Assembly (NCBI GenBank): GCA_964617475.1
Contig: CAZTYM010000010.1
Coordinates: 4,085 to 68,084 of the forward strand
Direction: 5' to 3'
Length of the DNA stretch: 64,000 nt
Source of the DNA: an uncultured Thiotrichales bacterium
Lineage (GTDB): Bacteria > Pseudomonadota > Gammaproteobacteria > GCA-2400775
Under the pieces are notes generated by a model. That model did no database searches and was not told where the DNA came from. It saw nothing but the letters and a program-made list of their open reading frames with translations. The translations under genes and the position numbers were made by a program. This document shows positions 62,879 to 64,000 of the stretch, in pieces (within the stretch, counting starts at the first letter, position 1; each line of letters opens with the position of its first letter).

Positions 62879-63325
62879 TTGGGAGGGGCAGTGCTAGAGA
62901 AAGCGCGTAATAAACACAACCGGTTATCTCTGGTTCTGCACTCGGCTAGCAATGCCATCAATCGCGCTTATCGAAGCACCCTAGAGCAATTCGATATCAC
63001 CTACCCTCAGTACCTGGTTTTACTCGCTTTATGGCACCAAGACTCAATCAGCGTAAAAGAACTCAGTACACAAACCTTACTCGACTCAAGCACGCTCACC
63101 CCCCTACTAAAACGCCTGGAAGCAAAAGATTTGGTTACCCGCTCGCGTCGGCATGACGATGAACGCGTTCGCGTCATATGCCTCACACGAAAAGGGCGAG
63201 AGTTGGAACGCCAAGCCGCAAGCATTCCCGCTAATATCCAACGACGCATAGGTATTAATGCGGTAGACGAAGAACGCTTACAAAAATATTGTGAGCGCAT
63301 CATTGACCAGCTCAGCCAGGTATAA
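62879..63325 (+). CDS. MarR-family transcriptional regulator
   Basis: 148-aa winged-helix MarR fold (ITYPQYLVLLALW...SVKELS...LDSSTLTPLLKRLEAKDLVTRSR). Confidence 0.75.
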   Translation: MGGAVLEKARNKHNRLSLVLHSASNAINRAYRSTLEQFDITYPQYLVLLALWHQDSISVKELSTQTLLDSSTLTPLLKRLEAKDLVTRSRRHDDERVRVICLTRKGRELERQAASIPANIQRRIGINAVDEERLQKYCERIIDQLSQV

Positions 63326-63404
63326 TCACCCCTATGACCCCTAAATAATTCGCTTGATCAGTTTTGAAGCGAATCGATTAGCCAACCACCCAGGTTAAGC
63401 AATT

Positions 63405-63914
63405 ATGCCAAGCCAAGCCACATTATTTGGTCGCTATATACCCGACTTGAATAACGGCAAACTGGAATGGATAGGTTTACGTCCTGCCAGAAGAGAGCCT
63501 ATGCAGGTTGTTGAACGAGCGCTGGCTATTGAAGGATTAGGATTAAAAGGTGACCGCCGCTGTGAGGCCAGCCCCGGTTCAGCACGACAAATCACCCTCA
63601 TTAGCAAAGAACACATTGAAGTCATCGCGCAATTACTCAAACGTGAAGAGATAGACCCTGCCTTGTTAAGACGTAATCTCGTAGTTTCTGGAATTAATCT
63701 TAATGCTCTGCGCCATCAACGCTTTCGTATCGGCGAAGCAGAATTCGAAGCCACGGCCTTATGCCACCCCTGTGTAAGAATGGATCATGCTCTAGGCAAA
63801 GGAGGCTGTGCTGCGATGCTAGGGCATGGCGGTTTGTGCGCAAAAATTTTGGTGGGTGGCAATATTAAGGTAGGGGATGAGTTGGTACCATTAGAGAGGG
63901 AAGAAGATCAATAA
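63405..63914 (+). CDS. MOSC-domain protein (YiiM-like)
   Basis: 169 aa with conserved Cys in the CHPCVRMDHALGKGG region, typical of a MOSC beta-barrel domain. Confidence 0.75.
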   Translation: MPSQATLFGRYIPDLNNGKLEWIGLRPARREPMQVVERALAIEGLGLKGDRRCEASPGSARQITLISKEHIEVIAQLLKREEIDPALLRRNLVVSGINLNALRHQRFRIGEAEFEATALCHPCVRMDHALGKGGCAAMLGHGGLCAKILVGGNIKVGDELVPLEREEDQ

Positions 63915-63920
63915 ATTTAA

Positions 63921-63946
63921 GAGGTCAGCACCTCGTTTTCTGCTTT
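63921..63946 (+). terminator. Possible rho-independent terminator after the MOSC gene
   Basis: Short stem gaggt/acctc with loop cagc, followed by gttttctgcttt. The stem is weak. Confidence 0.4.
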
Positions 63947-64000
63947 ATGAAAACGGGTCTGTCACCCCTTAAATGAAAGTAACACTTATAGTACGCAGCC

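Overview
This 64-kb window looks like conserved core chromosome of a Gram-negative gammaproteobacterium. The local synteny (trpGDC next to a crp/vfr homologue, mlaFEDCB-ibaG-murA-hisGD, hisE-tatABC, miaB-ybeZ-ybeY-corC-lnt) resembles Pseudomonadales/Oceanospirillales. Genes are tightly packed and nearly all on the minus strand. Read left to right:
- a 5'-truncated anmK;
- erpA and argC;
- a complete cytochrome-c maturation System I operon (ccmABCDEFGHI);
- a response regulator with a degenerate GGDEF domain plus an EAL domain;
- rplM-rpsI;
- a small redox/stress cluster (thioredoxin-like 2Fe-2S ferredoxin, coq7, a VOC protein, an OsmC protein, crp/vfr);
- trpCDGE-gph-rpe;
- a complete seven-gene Alternative Complex III (ACIII) cluster (actA-B1-B2-C-D-E-F), preceded by a ~470-bp ORF-free leader and followed by a strong bidirectional terminator;
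- ybgI (Nif3) and degS/algW;
- tatCBA-hisE-hisFAHBDG (no hisI and no hisC);
- murA-ibaG-mlaBCDEF;
- a C-N hydrolase, yhdP, rng, maf;
- rlmH, rsfS, nadD, proA, holA, lptE, leuS;
- lnt, corC, ybeY, phoH, miaB;
- amt (no glnK), then marR and a MOSC-domain gene on the plus strand.
I found no transposase, integrase, CRISPR array, toxin-antitoxin pair, restriction-modification system or any other recognisable defence or mobile module. I do not see a convincing previously undescribed system. The most biologically notable content is a stand-alone ACIII respiratory module in the same window as the ccm and tat machinery its subunits need. Smaller oddities are two long inverted-repeat elements at gene-block junctions, a structured-looking leader upstream of actA, a degenerate-GGDEF/EAL regulator, and a low-complexity insertion in RNase G. 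All calls rest on motif and family recognition by eye; no searches were run.
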